This document shows positions 60,281 through 64,000 of a DNA stretch of 64,000 bases, in pieces. The notes under the pieces were generated by a model. The model saw only the letters and a list, made by a program, of their open reading frames with translations, was not told the DNA's origin and made no database searches. Positions within the stretch are counted from its first letter, which is position 1. Each line of letters opens with the position of its first letter. The stretch comes from Chloroflexota bacterium (lineage in GTDB: Bacteria > Chloroflexota > Dehalococcoidia > JACQUO01): contig JACQUO010000007.1 in NCBI GenBank assembly GCA_016210205.1, positions 8,834 through 72,833 of the forward strand. Direction: 5' to 3'. Position numbers and translations under genes: made by a program.

Positions 60281-62253
60281 GACGCCTGCACCTCCCGTAC
60301 CTCCTTGGGGAGCATGAGACCCTCCCGGGGGTCCGGCCAGAAGGCGATGAGCATCCCCAAGGCTGTCACCACCCCCCCAATCCAAATCCAGACCTCCAGG
60401 GGATTGATGATAATCTTAAAGCTGGCGCTCTGGCCCTCGCTCCCCGTATAGATGACATAGAGGTCTTCCTTAAGGGTGGTGCGGATGGCCACCTCGGTCA
60501 TGTTTTGATTAAAATAGGGGTAGAAGGTGCGCTCCGTGGACAGGCTATCCACGAACTTCTCCCCGTTATACACGGTGAGCACCGCCGCGCTCACCTGGCG
60601 GTCGACGGTGGAATATTCCCGCAGGCCCTCATATTTCAGGGTGTACTGGCCGATATCCACCTTCTCACCCGGGGCCAGGGTGGCGGAGACCTCGGCCTTG
60701 AAGAAGGAGGAACCCACTATCCCCACCGCGCCCATGACAATGGCCACATGGATGATATAACCCCCATAGCGGGGTTTGTTGGCCCAGACCAGCCCTCCGA
60801 AGGCCTGGAGGGGGTTCTCGGAGCGAACTCGCGCCCGGGTCCGGGTCCCCCGGAACCACTCCAAAAGGATGGTGGCGAACACGAAGGCGCTCACCCCCAG
60901 GGCGAAGAGAGCCATCCCATCCCGCACCCCCAGGGCGAAGAGGGCCGCCATGAGGCCCAGGGCTGCCACTACGGGGTAGAGGAAGTTGCGCGCCAGATTC
61001 CCCGGCGTGGCTCGCCGCCAGCCGATGAGGGGGCAGATGCCCATGAGAAGGAGCAGGGCCAGCAGGATGGGCCCCACCACCTGGTTGAAGAAGGGCGGCC
61101 CCACGGTAATTTTCACCCCCCGAAACCACTCCGAGACCAGGGGAAAGACGGTGCCCCAGAAGACGGCGAAGGCCGCCCCCACCAGGAGGAGGTTGTTGAA
61201 GAGGAAGCTGCTCTCCCGAGAGACGAAGGAGTCCAGCTCGTCCTCGCTCTGGAGCCGGCCCCGACGATAAAACAGGAGGCCGATGGCCAGGGCCCCGCTC
61301 ACCGCGATGAAAGCGAGGAAGAAAGGCCCCAGGCCCGATTCGGCGAAGGAGTGGACTGAGGAGAGCACCCCGCTCCGGGTGAGGAGCGTGCCGAAGATGG
61401 TGAGTTCGAAGATGATGATAATGAGGGCCATGTTCCATATCTTCAGCATCCCCCGCCGTCGCTGAATCATGGAAGAGTGCAAGAAGGCCGTGGCCACCAG
61501 CCAGGGCATGAAGGAGGCATTCTCCACGGGGTCCCAGCCCCAGTGGCCCCCCCAGCCCAGCTCCACATAGGCCCAGGCCCCGCCGAAGAGGTTGCCCAGG
61601 CCCAAGAAGAACCAGGCGAAGAGGGTCCAGCGCCGGGTGGCCCGCAGCCAGTCATCCCCCAGACGGCGAGTGATGAGGGCGGCCATGGCGAAAGCGAAGG
61701 GGATGGCAAAGCCCACATAGCCGAGATAGAGGGTGGTGGGATGGAAGAACATCCCCATGTTCTCCAGGAGGGGGTTGAGCCCCCGGCCCTCCCCGGGCGG
61801 GAAGGGCATCACCTTGAAGGGGTTGGCCAGAAAGACCAGGAGGATGAGGAAGAAGGAGAGGATGGCCATCCCCACGGCCACCACATAGGGTATAAGGTGG
61901 GGCAGGGTGCGGCGATGCTGGAGATAGGCTATGGACAAGAAAAGGGACAGAAACCAGGCCCACATGAGCAGCGAGCCCTGGTTGCCCGCCCAGAAGGAGC
62001 TTATGGTGTAGAGCAAGCCCATAGAGGTGCTGGAGTATTGGGCCACATACTCCACCCGGAAATCATGCCTGAGGAGGAAATAAAGGAGCAAGGCGGAGGC
62101 CACGGTCAGGAGGGTGAAGGCGACGAAGACCCCGTTACGGGCGCTGGCCCAGAGCTCCCCCTGGCGGCCCCTGACCCCCATGAAAGCGGCCACAGCGCTG
62201 AAGACTGAGACGACTAGGGCCAGCACCAGGGCGCTATAGCCGATATCCGTCAA
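60277..62253 (-). CDS. ccmF: cytochrome c-type biogenesis protein CcmF (heme lyase)
   Basis: 658 aa polytopic; GGHWGWDPVENASFMPWL WWD motif; TTG start. Confidence 0.9.
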   Translation of the reverse strand: MTDIGYSALVLALVVSVFSAVAAFMGVRGRQGELWASARNGVFVAFTLLTVASALLLYFLLRHDFRVEYVAQYSSTSMGLLYTISSFWAGNQGSLLMWAWFLSLFLSIAYLQHRRTLPHLIPYVVAVGMAILSFFLILLVFLANPFKVMPFPPGEGRGLNPLLENMGMFFHPTTLYLGYVGFAIPFAFAMAALITRRLGDDWLRATRRWTLFAWFFLGLGNLFGGAWAYVELGWGGHWGWDPVENASFMPWLVATAFLHSSMIQRRRGMLKIWNMALIIIIFELTIFGTLLTRSGVLSSVHSFAESGLGPFFLAFIAVSGALAIGLLFYRRGRLQSEDELDSFVSRESSFLFNNLLLVGAAFAVFWGTVFPLVSEWFRGVKITVGPPFFNQVVGPILLALLLLMGICPLIGWRRATPGNLARNFLYPVVAALGLMAALFALGVRDGMALFALGVSAFVFATILLEWFRGTRTRARVRSENPLQAFGGLVWANKPRYGGYIIHVAIVMGAVGIVGSSFFKAEVSATLAPGEKVDIGQYTLKYEGLREYSTVDRQVSAAVLTVYNGEKFVDSLSTERTFYPYFNQNMTEVAIRTTLKEDLYVIYTGSEGQSASFKIIINPLEVWIWIGGVVTALGMLIAFWPDPREGLMLPKEVREVQAS

Positions 62254-62451
62254 AAGCGACTCACCTCGCCAGGGCAGGAGGACCTGCCCTTAAGTTAATA
62301 TTTTCACCGCTCACTATATCATCCTCCTCGCTTCTCTGTCCAGAAAAATCCCCTCCTTCCAAGGAGGGCGCGCCATTTTCCACAGAAACTCCACATTGGG
62401 GGCAATAAAAACCCTTTCTCCCCAGGGGGCGCGGCTGGAGCACCCCCATCT

Positions 62452-62480
62452 TGACAGGGCCCTCGCCAAAACCTATCATT
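62452..62480 (+). promoter_or_regulatory. sigma-70-like promoter (TTGACA-17 nt-TATCAT) for the Moco leader
   Basis: TTGACAgggccctcgccaaaaccTATCAT. Confidence 0.5.
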
Positions 62481-62539
62481 AGTTTCATCCAGCATCCCTA
62501 GTATTGCGCTTCAGGGAGCTGGGCAAAAAAGAATATCGA

Positions 62540-62642
62540 CTTCTCCGAGTCCTTCCGCCTAAGGGCCGTGGCCTATGGCAGGGGGACCGTTTCGGGTAGG
62601 GACGGAAACAACCCTGCCTCCTCGTGCTTGGAAAGGAGAAGC
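62540..62642 (+). promoter_or_regulatory. Moco (molybdenum cofactor) riboswitch candidate
   Basis: P1 CTTCTCC/GGAGAAG closing stem; 5-prime CTCCGAG, internal GAAA loop (gacGGAAACa), 3-prime CCTGCCTCC...GGAAAGGAG match remembered conserved blocks of the Moco RNA motif; lies upstream of a MOT-family transporter. Confidence 0.6.
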
Positions 62643-62721
62643 GGCCGGGCCCCCCGCCTTGGAGCGCGAGGGCGGCCCTTATCGCGCCCCCTCGGGACGC
62701 CAGGGGGGCCCGAAGCCTCTT

Positions 62722-62752
62722 AGCCCCCTTTCCCAGGGGGCTTACTTTTTTT
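62722..62752 (+). terminator. intrinsic terminator (riboswitch expression platform)
   Basis: AGCCCCC-tttccca-GGGGGCT followed by tacTTTTTTT, ending 8 nt before the transporter ORF. Confidence 0.65.
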
Positions 62753-62759
62753 CGAGGGT

Positions 62760-63953
62760 TTGAGTTTGACCATCCGAGGGTTCCGTTTTACCATCGGCGA
62801 GCTGGCGGGGGCCCTGGGGGACCTGGGCACCCTGGTGCCCCTGGCCGCGGCCCTGGTGGCCATAAACGGCATGGCCCCCGCCGCGGTGATGCTCTCCGCC
62901 GGCCTCCTCTATGTGGGGGCGGGCCTCTACTTCCGCCTGCCCCTGCCCGTCCAGCCCCTCAAGTCCGTCTCCGCCACGGCCATCGCCCTGGGGCTGGCCC
63001 CCGGCCTCATCTCCAGTGCCGGCCTCCTCATGGGTCTTATCCTCCTGGCCCTGGCTGTCAGCGGCCTTATCCTGCCGTTGCTGCGGCTCTTCCCCCATGC
63101 CGTGGTGCGAGGCATCCAGCTTGCCGTGGGGCTGTTCCTGGCCCAGAGCGCCCTCCGCCTCATGGCCCAGCCCGCCGTGGCCGCCGACGGCACCCGGGCC
63201 CTGGTGAGCCTGGGGGGCTGGCAAATCGGGGCGGAGACGGCGCTGGCCGCCCTAGGCCTGGGGCTCCTGGCCCTTTTCCTGGGGCGGCGCTTCCCCGCCT
63301 CCCTGGCCCTTTTGGGCCTGGGGCTGGCGGCCAGCCTGCTCCTGGGCTTCGCCCCGGCGGTGAGCTTCCAGGCCGCCCTCCCCGCCCTAAGCCTCCCCAC
63401 CACCGAGGAGTTAGGTCTGGCCCTCTTCCTCCTGGTCTTGCCTCAACTTCCGTTGACCCTGGGCAACGCCGTGGCCGCCACCGCGGAGGCCGCCCGCGGC
63501 TACTTCGGCGAGGAGGCACAACGGACTACCCCGCGGCGACTCTGCGCCAGCATGGGCCTGGCTAACCTCCTGACAGGCGTTATGGGGGGCATGCCCGTCT
63601 GCCATGGGGCCGGCGGCCTCACCGCCCACTACCGCTTCGGGGCCCGCACCGGAGGGGCGCCCCTGATGCTGGGGGCGCTGTGCCTGGCCCTGGGCCTCTG
63701 CTTCGGCCCCAGCCTTTTGGGCCTTTTAGCCCTCATCCCCCTAGCCATCCTGGGGGTGCTCCTCCTCTTCGTGGGCCTGCAGCACGCCCTGCTGGCCCGG
63801 GACCTGCGCCGCTGGCAGGACTGGCTGGTGGCCGGGGGCATGGGGGCGGTAGCTCTGGCCACGGGCAATCTGGGATTGGCCTTTCTGGGGGGCATCCTGC
63901 TGGCCCAGGGGCTGGCTCGCTGGCCCGAGCGCCACCCTGCCCTGGAGCAGTAG
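62760..63953 (+). CDS. MOT1/MOT2-like putative molybdate (sulfate/molybdate) transporter
   Basis: 397 aa polytopic; ELAGALGDLGTLVPL and PLPVQPLKSV motifs. TTG at 62760 is too close to GAGGG; TTG at 62766 is a better-spaced start. Confidence 0.65.
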   Translation: MSLTIRGFRFTIGELAGALGDLGTLVPLAAALVAINGMAPAAVMLSAGLLYVGAGLYFRLPLPVQPLKSVSATAIALGLAPGLISSAGLLMGLILLALAVSGLILPLLRLFPHAVVRGIQLAVGLFLAQSALRLMAQPAVAADGTRALVSLGGWQIGAETALAALGLGLLALFLGRRFPASLALLGLGLAASLLLGFAPAVSFQAALPALSLPTTEELGLALFLLVLPQLPLTLGNAVAATAEAARGYFGEEAQRTTPRRLCASMGLANLLTGVMGGMPVCHGAGGLTAHYRFGARTGGAPLMLGALCLALGLCFGPSLLGLLALIPLAILGVLLLFVGLQHALLARDLRRWQDWLVAGGMGAVALATGNLGLAFLGGILLAQGLARWPERHPALEQ

Positions 63954-64000
63954 CCCCCTGCTTCAAAAGTTGCGCCCCCTTGCGCCCATTGGGTAGAATA

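Noticed and set aside
62261-62488. 75-aa ORF with a CPQCG motif upstream of ccmF
   Set aside because: It spans the divergent promoter region and the hairpins, has no ribosome-binding site, contains only half a zinc-ribbon pattern, and shows atypical composition.

Overview
High-GC (roughly two-thirds G+C) bacterial chromosomal segment. The gene content and regulatory style (ileS T-box, PyrR attenuator, a leaderless gene, near-consensus sigma-70 promoters) suggest Chloroflexota or a related Terrabacteria lineage, but that guess is weak. Most of the window is housekeeping. It holds a TrkA pair, Usp, an APC permease, PcrA, PiT with its DUF47 partner, and a ThrC-paralogue/NIL/sulfur-carrier cluster. 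It also holds the rpmH-rnpA-yidD-yidC-jag block, PepA, Na+-decarboxylase gamma/BCCP/beta subunits, and a pyrR-pyrB-pyrC-carA ... carB-pyrK operon. Further on are purA, lgt, T-box-controlled ileS, HtrA, a NarL-type two-component pair, and hemA with two NirJ/Ahb-like radical SAM genes. A System I cytochrome c maturation cluster and a Moco-riboswitch-controlled MOT-family transporter complete it. Three tRNAs are present: Pro-GGG, Ser-GGA and Ser-CGA. Features not explained by ordinary annotation: (1) a modular GC-rich palindromic repeat family at nine or more intergenic loci; (2) an AT-rich islet next to the tandem tRNA-Ser genes encoding an RHH protein, a DUF5678-like protein and a retropepsin-like protein with YTGA instead of DTGA, bordered by three TGCCCT repeats at exact 12-bp spacing; (3) a VapBC module, an AT-rich 2TM reading frame split by one in-frame TAA, and a flavin reductase wedged between carA and carB; (4) an AT-rich in-frame insertion inside ileS; (5) a response regulator with no canonical start codon. 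No CRISPR array, transposase, integrase or rRNA was seen. Many long ORFs in the supplied track are antisense shadows typical of GC-rich DNA.
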